Source of the DNA: a virus
Reading direction: 5' to 3' (one strand)
IMG/VR virus record: IMGVR_UViG_3300012090_000001
Coordinates: 1-60,163 of that record
Length of the DNA stretch: 60,163 bases
The notes under the pieces were generated by a model. The model was not told where the DNA came from, did not search any database, and saw only the letters and a program-made list of their open reading frames with translations. Within the stretch, counting starts at the first letter, position 1. Each line of letters starts with the position of its first letter. Shown here in pieces: positions 32,697-40,549 of this stretch. Made by a program: the position numbers and the translations under genes.

Positions 32697-33329
32697 GTGG
32701 CAACCTTGAAGACCAAAGAGAAGCGCGACGTGATGAGTCAGATCGCGAAGCAATTCCCGGGCAACGTCGCCGAGCACGAGATGACGGTCCTCCGCGACGA
32801 TGGGGTCCACCGGCATGTTCGGTTCGCGAAACCGGGCACCGGAAGCTTCTCTTTCAACCTCATCACATGGCCCTGGTACCTGGCCTACAGCGGCGACATG
32901 GGGCATTACATGTTCTGCCGCCTCGATGACATGTTCGAGTTCTTCCGCGGTCATAAGCTCGAGGGTGACCGCTACCCGATCAACCCCGGCTACTGGGCCG
33001 AGAAGGTCGTCGCTGAAGACCATGCGACGGGCCTTGAGGTGTTCAGCCCCGACAAGTTTCGCGAGGCCGTCCGGGAGTATCTCCGAGACGCCGAAGCCTC
33101 TCGTGACGTCACACGGGCCGTCCGCGAGGACGTCCTCTCATCGGCTGACGAAGGCCGCGACTACGCGATGCGGTCAGTCTACGAGTTCCATCGCGACGGG
33201 TTCAGCTTCGACGACTTCTCGGAGCAATCCTGCCTCGATTGGTCGTACAGGTTCGCCTGGTGCTGCCACGCCATCGCGTGGGGCGTTGCCAAATACGACG
33301 CAGCGAAGGCCGCGGCAGCGTCCGCGTGA
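32697..33329 (+). CDS. Hypothetical protein (210 aa)
   Basis: ORF track; clearly coding-like sequence. Confidence 0.7.
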   Translation: MATLKTKEKRDVMSQIAKQFPGNVAEHEMTVLRDDGVHRHVRFAKPGTGSFSFNLITWPWYLAYSGDMGHYMFCRLDDMFEFFRGHKLEGDRYPINPGYWAEKVVAEDHATGLEVFSPDKFREAVREYLRDAEASRDVTRAVREDVLSSADEGRDYAMRSVYEFHRDGFSFDDFSEQSCLDWSYRFAWCCHAIAWGVAKYDAAKAAAASA

Positions 33330-33390
33330 AGGTCCACGTCGATCATCTCCAATCCCTAATCCTCAACCCCAACCCTATCGGACCACACCC

Positions 33391-33627
33391 ATGCCAATGG
33401 CAACCAGCCTCGCCGGCCGTTCCACCTTCGTCGACCTCGGTCGCACCCAGTTAACGCTCACCCGCAACCCCTCGATGCCCAGCCTCGCGACGCTCGTCGT
33501 CGACCAGGAAGGCCACAAGGGCTCTACCTCCCTCGGCATCCCCGTCGTCCCCCACGACCTGAGAGCCCTCGCCGCGATGTTCACGTCGGTGGCGGAGGCG
33601 ATCGAGGGGGAGAGGGTGGCCAAGTAA
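33391..33627 (+). CDS. Hypothetical protein (78 aa; in frame of track ORF 32800..33627)
   Basis: ATG 33391 after the stop of the previous gene. The upstream part of the track ORF is a shadow of 32697..33329. Confidence 0.55.
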   Translation: MPMATSLAGRSTFVDLGRTQLTLTRNPSMPSLATLVVDQEGHKGSTSLGIPVVPHDLRALAAMFTSVAEAIEGERVAK

Positions 33628-33664
33628 GTTTCCAACATCACAAACCAGAGGCAGCGAGAACTTC

Positions 33665-34009
33665 ATGGACGCGACCAAGGCCAAGTTGATCGAACTCCAA
33701 TACTCGCTCGAGGCGATCTTCGCGGAGGCGTACAAGAGCGCCGCCCACTACAAAATGTGTCTCGAGCTACACAGCATCGACGGCGATATCGCCGGCATGG
33801 TCGAGTCTCTGCTGCGGGCCCGGCACGGCGGCCAATACAAGCTCGTCGACATTGCCGCCGAGAACCACCCGCAACTCGCGACATTTGCCAGTGATTGCCA
33901 ACAACTCACCGACATAGCGATCAAGAACGTGATCTCGGTGATGTTCCCGTCGGAGGACGGAAAGGTCTCGATGCGAGTGGTGGACGGCGTGGAGCCGCCC
34001 CAAAGCTGA
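33665..34009 (+). CDS. Hypothetical protein (114 aa)
   Basis: ORF track. Confidence 0.65.
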   Translation: MDATKAKLIELQYSLEAIFAEAYKSAAHYKMCLELHSIDGDIAGMVESLLRARHGGQYKLVDIAAENHPQLATFASDCQQLTDIAIKNVISVMFPSEDGKVSMRVVDGVEPPQS

Positions 34010-34041
34010 TCGGCCGCCTCATATCTCTCAAGGAGCCGACG

Positions 34042-34560
34042 ATGGCAAGCGAGACATTCGACCGGGTTGTGCTCTTGAAAGCCCTCAACGCCGCCGCGGA
34101 CGGCGACGTGGTGAGTCGAGGAGCGGTGGAGGAGGCATTGACGGAGGTGGCGAGGAAGACCGGCAGGGAGGTGGCGATTAGGTGGGTTCGTTCCAACGGG
34201 TTCATGGGCTCGACGGATTACACGGCGGCGATCCACGGCGGCTCCCTCTTCATCTTTCCACTCATCGGCATCGTCGATGTGGTTCGGATCTTAGCCCCCG
34301 ACTCCGCCGACACGATCGAGATGCCAACAATGCCGATGGAGAGCTTCGACCTGCTTGGTCCGCCGAGGCTCAACGTACCCATCGAGCAATGGCCGAGCCC
34401 TGAACCCAGCGCTGAGGCGATGACGGCCGAGATCGCCGAAGCCCATCAACTGATCGTCGACTCCCTCGCTCTCGCCCATGAGCTGGGGACGACGGACGAC
34501 GATGACGCAGAGCCATCAGCCTCCCCCTCTATCCCTTCGACCGTGGAGGACGCGGCGTGA
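34042..34560 (+). CDS. Hypothetical protein with acidic C-terminus (172 aa)
   Basis: AAGGAG 6 nt before ATG 34042; in frame of track ORF 33895..34560. Confidence 0.65.
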   Translation: MASETFDRVVLLKALNAAADGDVVSRGAVEEALTEVARKTGREVAIRWVRSNGFMGSTDYTAAIHGGSLFIFPLIGIVDVVRILAPDSADTIEMPTMPMESFDLLGPPRLNVPIEQWPSPEPSAEAMTAEIAEAHQLIVDSLALAHELGTTDDDDAEPSASPSIPSTVEDAA

Positions 34561-34898
34561 TGAGTGCCAAGTGCGGAGTGTGCGGCGGCGCGGCATCCCC
34601 AGTGTGGGTCACTCCGTCGGCAGCTCAGGCCAGTTGCCAGGACTGCGGGACGTCCGGGCCGAAGCGTGGCAGCCTCGCCGAATCCGTCACTGCTTGGAAT
34701 CGGATGTGGGGCGGCCATGGCCCGGGCGACGCTACGCGGCGATTGATGCTGGCCCTCTCGAAAAAGCAGGCCGAGGCGGTCAAGACGACCATGGAATACG
34801 AATTGACGGTCTATCCGTCGCCGTGGGGCGGTCGTGAGATCACTTACGAAACCGTATCGTCAGCACTCCGCGAGTGCGGGATGGAGCCCGCGTCATGA
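34557..34898 (+). CDS. Lar-family-like zinc-ribbon protein, paralog 1 (113 aa)
   Basis: KCGVCGG...SCQDCGTSGP...AESVTAWNRMW (C..CG / C..CG..GP / A..WN signature). Confidence 0.7.
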   Translation: MMSAKCGVCGGAASPVWVTPSAAQASCQDCGTSGPKRGSLAESVTAWNRMWGGHGPGDATRRLMLALSKKQAEAVKTTMEYELTVYPSPWGGREITYETVSSALRECGMEPAS

Positions 34899-35242
34899 CG
34901 CCAAAGCATGACGTCGCCGAGTTTATCCGCGACCATATTCGCGCAACTCAGGCATGGGACACCTGGGACACTCGCGTTCTAAACGACAGCACGCCGCTCG
35001 CCGCCAACGGCATTCTTAGCAGTTTACAGGCGATGCATCTCGCGGTCGCGATCGAGGATGAATTCGGGATCGAGGTCGCCCTACGAGACTTCGACTCCAA
35101 CAGCCCTGATTACGCATTCAAGACCATCGCCGACATCGAACGTATGGTGCAACGCAAGCGTTCGACCGCGTTGCACACCCAAGTGCCAAACGAAGCGAAA
35201 CGGCAGGTGACTCCATGGCCATCAGGCATGCCGGCGACATGA
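34895..35242 (+). CDS. Acyl/peptidyl carrier protein-like protein (115 aa)
   Basis: ANGILSSLQAMHLAVAIEDEFGIEV...FKTIADIERMV matches the ACP helix II / Ser attachment pattern; ATGA overlap with the upstream gene. Confidence 0.6.
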   Translation: MTPKHDVAEFIRDHIRATQAWDTWDTRVLNDSTPLAANGILSSLQAMHLAVAIEDEFGIEVALRDFDSNSPDYAFKTIADIERMVQRKRSTALHTQVPNEAKRQVTPWPSGMPAT

Positions 35243-35338
35243 CGACCGCGCGGTTTACGTCATCTGAATTGGAGGCAGTCTTGGGCGCGGTGGTCGCCAA
35301 CGGCAAGCGAGCAGCCGTCGCCAAGCGAAAACTAGCAC

Positions 35339-35473
35339 ATGGCCTCCATCTTCACGAGTCTCCAAATGTACAGAACCATCTACGACTGGGCGATGCTGGC
35401 GGCAACAGTCCTCTTCATCGTGAAAATGAGCCGACTGCTACAGGATTACGAGGAAGCTGATGATGACCGATAA
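35339..35473 (+). CDS. Small membrane protein (44 aa, below track cut-off)
   Basis: MASIFTSLQMYRTIYDWAMLAATVLFIVKMSRLLQDYEEADDDR. Third-position G/C is much higher than in the overlapping 81-aa track ORF. Confidence 0.45.
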   Translation: MASIFTSLQMYRTIYDWAMLAATVLFIVKMSRLLQDYEEADDDR

Positions 35474-35522
35474 CCATGAGCCACCAGTACGACGCCGCCA
35501 AGCAAGCCAAGGAGGCCGTCCC

Positions 35523-35684
35523 ATGCTCAGCCTAGCCTTCCTCGAATGCTCGCTGCCGTTCCTCGCGATCTTCGCCCTTCGCTACCTCCGCTCGTGGACC
35601 CCCGCCAACTGGTGGTCCGACGCCGACGCCTGGGTCGAGGCGGAGCTTGAAGCAACAGAGGAGGACGTGCAATGGACCCAATGA
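35523..35684 (+). CDS. Small membrane protein (53 aa; in frame of track ORF 35460..35684)
   Basis: AAGGAG 8 nt before ATG 35523; MLSLAFLECSLPFLAIFALRYL. Confidence 0.5.
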   Translation: MLSLAFLECSLPFLAIFALRYLRSWTPANWWSDADAWVEAELEATEEDVQWTQ

Positions 35685-35947
35685 GCAATCGCGATCTGAA
35701 ACATCGGACGCAAGAGCAGGTGACGGACGACGTTGCCAGCGTTTTCGGCTCTGGGGCCGACTACGCCGAATACAACATCATCAAGCTCGCCGTGAAGGTG
35801 GCGTACGCGGAAGGCGCGTTGTGCGCACTACTGGCGATCGGCAAAAAAGCCGCCCCTTCTGTCGTCGCTCGCGACATCGAGCAAGTAGTCGCCACGACTC
35901 GCAAGACCCTGGCCGAGTTCCGAAAGCGCTCGACTGCGAAGGACTGA
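35672..35947 (+). CDS. Hypothetical protein (91 aa)
   Basis: GGAGGA 6 nt before ATG 35672. Confidence 0.65.
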   Translation: MDPMSNRDLKHRTQEQVTDDVASVFGSGADYAEYNIIKLAVKVAYAEGALCALLAIGKKAAPSVVARDIEQVVATTRKTLAEFRKRSTAKD

Positions 35948-35958
35948 TTGCGAAACTT

Positions 35959-35979
35959 ACCCCTTCGGCTTGCGGGCCT
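35959..35979 (+). repeat. 21-bp direct repeat, copy 1 (accccttcggcttgcgggcct)
   Basis: Exact copy at 36353..36373; the two copies bracket gene 36004..36348. Confidence 0.95.
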
Positions 35980-36003
35980 AACCACCCTCTATGGAGACCA
36001 CCA

Positions 36004-36348
36004 ATGCCTGACGCGACCACGCCCAGCAAAGACCTTCAACTCGGTGAAGCCACGATAATCCTGAACCTCTTCAAGCATCGCCAGGCCGAAGACTGGGAGG
36101 TGTTCCGAGGGCCGTTCCTCGACGGCCAGATCGACACGGTCACGGTCTGCACGAGCCCATCGGCCGCCAAGACCTTCTCGGAGTTCGAGGCCATCGCCGT
36201 GGCACGAGAGTACGTACGCATCGAGGATGCAAAGAAGGCCGCGTCTCGCCGAAAGGTCGAGGTCTTCAATCGCCCCGAGTGCCTGTTCAACTACTGCCCG
36301 AACCCGGACCTCTGCCGAGCCCGGTGCGACTCTCCCGTCAAGACGTGA
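36004..36348 (+). CDS. Hypothetical protein (114 aa; in frame of track ORF 35647..36348)
   Basis: ATG 36004; flanked by the 21-bp direct repeats. Confidence 0.65.
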   Translation: MPDATTPSKDLQLGEATIILNLFKHRQAEDWEVFRGPFLDGQIDTVTVCTSPSAAKTFSEFEAIAVAREYVRIEDAKKAASRRKVEVFNRPECLFNYCPNPDLCRARCDSPVKT

Positions 36349-36350
36349 TG

Positions 36351-36677
36351 TCACCCCTTCGGCTTGCGGGCCTTGGGGGCGGGCGAGGCGTGGAGAGGGA
36401 TTTCAACCCCGCTCCTGAGCCGCTCATTACAGAGGTTGATGCCTTCCTGGGCTATCCGGTCCTGCTCCTCTTCGGTCTGCGTGCAGAACCAGGCCAGGAC
36501 CGCGTTAACGATCGCCTGGCCGTTGAAGGGCTCGTCCTTCGCTCGATAGGAGTCGTCGTGCCTGTGGCGGGTCACGACCGCATCCAAAGCCTTGCGGATT
36601 TCGGGCAGCGTGCGGGTAGGCAGCTTCGGCTTGTCCTCGAATTTTCTGAGAAATTGCTCGCTCATAAGCCCGGTCAT
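36351..36677 (-). CDS. Hypothetical protein on the opposite strand inside the early block (108 aa from ATG 36677)
   Basis: GGGGAGGA upstream of ATG 36677. The C-terminal codons ...ARKPKG-stop lie in repeat copy 2. Confidence 0.6.
   Translation of the reverse strand: MTGLMSEQFLRKFEDKPKLPTRTLPEIRKALDAVVTRHRHDDSYRAKDEPFNGQAIVNAVLAWFCTQTEEEQDRIAQEGINLCNERLRSGVEIPLHASPAPKARKPKG
36353..36373 (+). repeat. 21-bp direct repeat, copy 2
   Basis: Identical to 35959..35979. Confidence 0.95.
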
Positions 36678-36703
36678 ACCAATGGGTTCCTCCCCGGTCA
36701 AGC

Positions 36704-36719
36704 CAAATGGGCCCATTTG
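36704..36719. promoter_or_regulatory. 16-bp perfect palindrome CAAATGGGCCCATTTG
   Basis: In the divergent intergenic region 36678-36816, 16 nt upstream of the -35 at 36735. Confidence 0.5.
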
Positions 36720-36734
36720 CTGAGACGTGCAACG

Positions 36735-36763
36735 TTGACAACTGTGCTCAGTAGCGATAGAGT
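36735..36763 (+). promoter_or_regulatory. sigma70-like promoter
   Basis: TTGACA (36735-36740), 17-nt spacer, TAGAGT (36758-36763). The 8-bp palindrome CAACGTTG overlaps the -35. Confidence 0.5.
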
Positions 36764-36816
36764 ATCGATGTCGGGCCACTGAGCCCAGTAAACAAGTGAG
36801 CCCGAAAGGAGAACCC

Positions 36817-37020
36817 ATGAAGACCGTCACTTTCCGAGCCATCCCCAAGGAGCCATCCCGAGTCCGACTCCCCGAAGCTCTCGACGAGTGGGCCCGCATC
36901 AAGGCCACGAAAGAGCGACGGTCCCTCAGCGCCGTCGTCGCCGAAGCCCTCGCCAAGATGAAGGGCGACGACCCCGCCGTCTACGGCATCAAGCCCGCCC
37001 GCCGCAAGACGGCCTCCTGA
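36817..37020 (+). CDS. Ribbon-helix-helix (CopG-like) protein (67 aa)
   Basis: VRLPEALDEWARIKATKERRSLSAVVAEALAKM; AAAGGAGAA before the ATG. Confidence 0.7.
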   Translation: MKTVTFRAIPKEPSRVRLPEALDEWARIKATKERRSLSAVVAEALAKMKGDDPAVYGIKPARRKTAS

Positions 37021-37128
37021 CAAGTCAACTCTAGGCCGCGTCCGGGCCGACGTGAATCGGCTTTGCGAAAACGCGACGCTTTACAAGTCAAAGTTCAATT
37101 TGATCTTCACGAGAGGCATGAGATCACA

Positions 37129-37434
37129 ATGTCGACCGAGACCGCCCTGACCCTGAGCCGCGATCGGACCATCCGTCGAGCCGAGATCCTTGCGGAAGTC
37201 TCCGACGCGGGCGTGGCGATTCTCACCACATCCGTGGGTAGGTACGGCGATGACCCTAGCTCGCCGGACTTCCGAGCAGCCTTCAGAGTTCTCCTGCTGG
37301 CTCTTACGACGGAGAGGGTTCGCAATACCGTCGTGTGGCCCGGCTGGACGACCCACGACCTGCTCGCCTATCTGCTGCCCGAGTTTGAGGCGGCGGCGGA
37401 CTCGGTCACGTCCTCTCTTTTCCCGGAGGGCTGA
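37129..37434 (+). CDS. Hypothetical protein (101 aa; in frame of track ORF 37063..37434)
   Basis: ATG 37129 with GAGAGG upstream. Confidence 0.55.
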   Translation: MSTETALTLSRDRTIRRAEILAEVSDAGVAILTTSVGRYGDDPSSPDFRAAFRVLLLALTTERVRNTVVWPGWTTHDLLAYLLPEFEAAADSVTSSLFPEG

Positions 37435-37437
37435 TCG

Positions 37438-37692
37438 ATGGACCGCCCCCGCTACACCCTCAGCATCGGCGAGTTCGGCGACGTCTACCTGCTGGATCGG
37501 GAGACGGACACTGACACCGACTTAGGCCACCTGGATTCGGCGGCGACGTGGAAGCGCTGCCCCAAGGATCTGCGGGGCTTGCTCGACGACCTCGAAGGGG
37601 AGTGGCGGGACGACCAAGTTGAATCCGAGCGGGTCGGGCGATGCGATCGGATGTCTTGGGAAGCTGACTATTACGCCTCAAGAGGAGTCTGA
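37438..37692 (+). CDS. Acidic hypothetical protein (84 aa)
   Basis: ORF track. Confidence 0.6.
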   Translation: MDRPRYTLSIGEFGDVYLLDRETDTDTDLGHLDSAATWKRCPKDLRGLLDDLEGEWRDDQVESERVGRCDRMSWEADYYASRGV

Positions 37693-37695
37693 ACG

Positions 37696-38736
37696 ATGGC
37701 GACGGTGCTGGCGAACAGGAACGGTGCTGTCCCCGCGGAGCAGGGGGAATACGCACCGCTGCCGGAGGCGATCGAGGCCGCGGTCGTCAACGGCGACCTC
37801 TCCAAACTCAACGCCGAACAGCGAATCCAGTGGTACAACACCCGCTGCAAGGCGGCCGGACTGAACCCTGCGACGCGGCCGTTCGAGTACATCACGCTCC
37901 AGGGCAAGTTGACCCTCTACGCCACGAAATCCTGCACCGATCAGTTGAGCGGGATTCACGGCCTCTCCCACAAGATCCTGTCGCGGGAGATCCAGGGCGA
38001 ACTCTACGTCGTCACCGCAGAGGTTACGAGCAAAGCCGGCCGCGTGACCCAGGACATCGGCGTGGTCATGGTCGGCAACCTCAAGGGCGAGGCAATGGCC
38101 AACGCCCTGATGAAAGGGGTCACTAAGGCCAAACGACGGGCGACGCTCTCGCTGTGCGGCCTCGGCGACGTCATCGACGAGACAGAGCTCGATACCGTCG
38201 AGGACAGGCGGGAATGCACGGCGAACGGGGCACCCATTCCCATCGATAACAATAGCGGCTTCGGCAAGGGCATGTACGCCAGCCCCGAGCAAACCGAGGT
38301 CTACGCGAAGGCGTTGGACGACTACCTTGCGAAGCGGAACGCGGCCTGGCTCGACTCTTGGGCCGGCGAGAACGGCGAGATTCCCGACGGGGTAAAGGGC
38401 ATCGACTGCTCGCGGTGGCAGGCCGACAACCACCTCGTCAAGTGGGCCGTCGAGACCAACCGCCTCAGCCCCATGGACGTCGAGTCCGGCGTCAAGCATC
38501 GCCAGATCGGCCGATTCACGGCGATCGTCTACCACCGCTCCACCGAGGATCGCAAGGCCCTCACCCAAGAGATGAAGCGGTATTTCGACACCCAGGTCGA
38601 ACGGGCGATGGACAAGCTTCGCCGCGAGAAGCCCGAACTGTTCAACGACCCCGAGCCGGACGGCGTGGATGAGGTCGACGACGGGTACGCGGACTTCGAG
38701 CTGGAGGCTCCCGAGGATGAGTCAAGCGACGGGTAA
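37696..38736 (+). CDS. ssDNA-annealing recombinase, RecT/Bet-like (346 aa)
   Basis: AAGLNPATRPFEYITLQGKLTLYATK...ANALMKGVTKAKRRATLSLCGLG motifs. Confidence 0.7.
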   Translation: MATVLANRNGAVPAEQGEYAPLPEAIEAAVVNGDLSKLNAEQRIQWYNTRCKAAGLNPATRPFEYITLQGKLTLYATKSCTDQLSGIHGLSHKILSREIQGELYVVTAEVTSKAGRVTQDIGVVMVGNLKGEAMANALMKGVTKAKRRATLSLCGLGDVIDETELDTVEDRRECTANGAPIPIDNNSGFGKGMYASPEQTEVYAKALDDYLAKRNAAWLDSWAGENGEIPDGVKGIDCSRWQADNHLVKWAVETNRLSPMDVESGVKHRQIGRFTAIVYHRSTEDRKALTQEMKRYFDTQVERAMDKLRREKPELFNDPEPDGVDEVDDGYADFELEAPEDESSDG

Positions 38737-38917
38737 GCGGATCGGCCAGACGATCCAGGCCAAGATCCACGGCCGGGTCGTCACTGTCGAGTGCGTCGGA
38801 GACGACGGCCGGCGGATCGCGTGGAAGGCCAAGGACGGCGACGGGGCGGGCGAGTGGGACGCGGGACTGTGGGACATCAACCGGCGGATGCAACAGGAGA
38901 CGAAGGGCGATGGCTGA
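38717..38917 (+). CDS. Hypothetical protein (66 aa; in frame of track ORF 38669..38917)
   Basis: ATG 38717 preceded by GAGG; overlaps the recombinase 3' end by 20 nt. Confidence 0.5.
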   Translation: MSQATGKRIGQTIQAKIHGRVVTVECVGDDGRRIAWKAKDGDGAGEWDAGLWDINRRMQQETKGDG

Positions 38918-39329
38918 CCTATTCCAACGACGACAGCGAATGCTTGAGGTGGTTGGCGTCTTTGAATATGGCGGTCAAAACTTCGTCAAGTGGCGATATG
39001 TGGACTCTGGGGCCATCCACGAATTCACGCTCGCCGCTTTCACGGATGCTTTTGAGCCCGTTAGGCCGGCCTCCCCGCCCAAGCCGGTATCTCGCGAGAA
39101 GACGGTGATTTCTGACGCAGAGCGTCCGGACTTGCCAGGCGGACGAGTCGGCCAGCAGACTCTAGGCGTCAGCCTTGGCGTCGACTGCAAGCTCGTCGAA
39201 TGCGTCGCGGATCTCAACGGACGCGTCTGTTTTGTCGACTGCGACGACGACAGCGACATCTGCGGCGTGACCGACTTTCCCACTTGGGATGCCCTTATTC
39301 AGCGTCAAGGCGCGGAGCGTCTCTTATGA
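38910..39329 (+). CDS. Hypothetical protein (139 aa)
   Basis: ORF track. Confidence 0.6.
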   Translation: MADLFQRRQRMLEVVGVFEYGGQNFVKWRYVDSGAIHEFTLAAFTDAFEPVRPASPPKPVSREKTVISDAERPDLPGGRVGQQTLGVSLGVDCKLVECVADLNGRVCFVDCDDDSDICGVTDFPTWDALIQRQGAERLL

Positions 39330-39616
39330 CTGACTCCCGCTATCCCCTCTTCGACCAGCCGGCACCGACGGTCGCCTTTCTCGATCCGAGCCTGCCCGAG
39401 GAAGAGAAGCCCCGGCTGTCGCCCCAGCACCAGGCCATCGCCGACGCGCTGCGATCAGGCCCCAAGACCAACCTCGAACTCAACATGATCGCCCACCGCT
39501 ACGGGGCGCGATTGCACGAGCTGAAAGCGGCCGGTTTCCTGTGGACGAAGCGGACCCTCAAGGCGGGGGTTTACGAGTACCGAATGATTCGGGATTTCCT
39601 CCCGGACGCATCCTGA
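39326..39616 (+). CDS. Winged-helix DNA-binding-like protein (96 aa)
   Basis: LSPQHQAIADALRSGPKTNLELNMIAHRYGARLHELKAAGF; ATGA overlap upstream. Confidence 0.55.
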   Translation: MTDSRYPLFDQPAPTVAFLDPSLPEEEKPRLSPQHQAIADALRSGPKTNLELNMIAHRYGARLHELKAAGFLWTKRTLKAGVYEYRMIRDFLPDAS

Positions 39617-39639
39617 AAACACATCTGGGAGCGACCTCC

Positions 39640-40548
39640 GTGGACTGGTTTCGCACTTACAATTCGATCAAAGACGACCCGAAAATCCTCCAGTTTTCCC
39701 CGGAAAACCGATGGTTTTTCGTCGCAATCCTGGCGATTTCATCCGAGCAGGAGGTACGGGGGTCGCTCCCAGGAATCAGTCATATCGCAATCGCCTTGCG
39801 CATTCGGATTCCCAGAGCCAAGGCCGTCGTCAAGGCTTTCGTGTCGGCCGGGCTCATCGATGAAAACGTGGAGACGAAAGCACTTACGATCCACGGATGG
39901 GACAAGAGGCAGAAGCGTTCCGACGACACGAACATCCGCCAGAAAGACCGTCGCGAACGCCTGAAGGAAGAGCCGGAAGTCACGAGACTGTCACGTGACA
40001 AAACCGTGCCTCGCGTACGCGCGACAGATACAGAGACAGATACAGAACCCCCTGTAGTCCCCCTGAACGGGGGACGGAACGACAAGGTTTCCGGACCACC
40101 GAAGACGGCCCCTCCCGGATCGGCCGAGCACAAATGGGTGCTCGACGCCGTGCCGTCGGAGTGGGGCCCCGAGGGGTTCGATACTGCCAGCAATCTGCTC
40201 AAGGAATACCCGGCCGCCGCCGTCGAGGCCGGGCGACAGAAGGTCATGGCCAAGTTCGGCCGGCAGTTCAAGCACGGAGCGTCGGGCTACTGGTGGACGG
40301 TCTGCCGCAGCAACCCGACCGGGGAGGCCGACAGCACTGCGCCGGCCCGTCCGATGCCCGCCCCCCCGAAGTTCCATCGCGCCTCGCCGGAAGACGCCAT
40401 CCCGATCCCCAATCGGCCGGAGTCGGACGACGGGGAGTCTCGGGAAGGCACCTGGGGCGCTCGCCATGCGATCCCCATGATGCAGCCTGATAGATCCGAC
40501 GTTCACGACGAGACGACGCCGTCTAGACGATCCCAGAGGGTTTCCTGA
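39640..40548 (+). CDS. Replisome organiser / replication initiator candidate (302 aa from GTG 39640)
   Basis: N-terminal VDWFRTYNSIKDDPKILQFSPENRWFFVAILAISS resembles organiser N-domains. Directly precedes dnaB; GGGAG upstream. Confidence 0.5.
   Translation: MDWFRTYNSIKDDPKILQFSPENRWFFVAILAISSEQEVRGSLPGISHIAIALRIRIPRAKAVVKAFVSAGLIDENVETKALTIHGWDKRQKRSDDTNIRQKDRRERLKEEPEVTRLSRDKTVPRVRATDTETDTEPPVVPLNGGRNDKVSGPPKTAPPGSAEHKWVLDAVPSEWGPEGFDTASNLLKEYPAAAVEAGRQKVMAKFGRQFKHGASGYWWTVCRSNPTGEADSTAPARPMPAPPKFHRASPEDAIPIPNRPESDDGESREGTWGARHAIPMMQPDRSDVHDETTPSRRSQRVS
39990..40075. other. Candidate replication origin elements inside organiser gene
   Basis: 10-bp palindrome GTCACGTGAC (39990-39999), exact tandem GACAGATACAGA x2 (40023-40046), 7-bp-stem hairpin GTCCCCC-tgaac-GGGGGAC (40057-40075). 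Confidence 0.35.
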
Positions 40549-40549
40549 C

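Noticed and set aside
35215-35460. 81-aa track ORF downstream of the ACP-like gene.
   Set aside because: Its second half has low third-position G/C (about one third), whereas the overlapping 44-aa membrane ORF 35339..35473 has about two thirds. The first half may be coding, but no defensible end point could be set.
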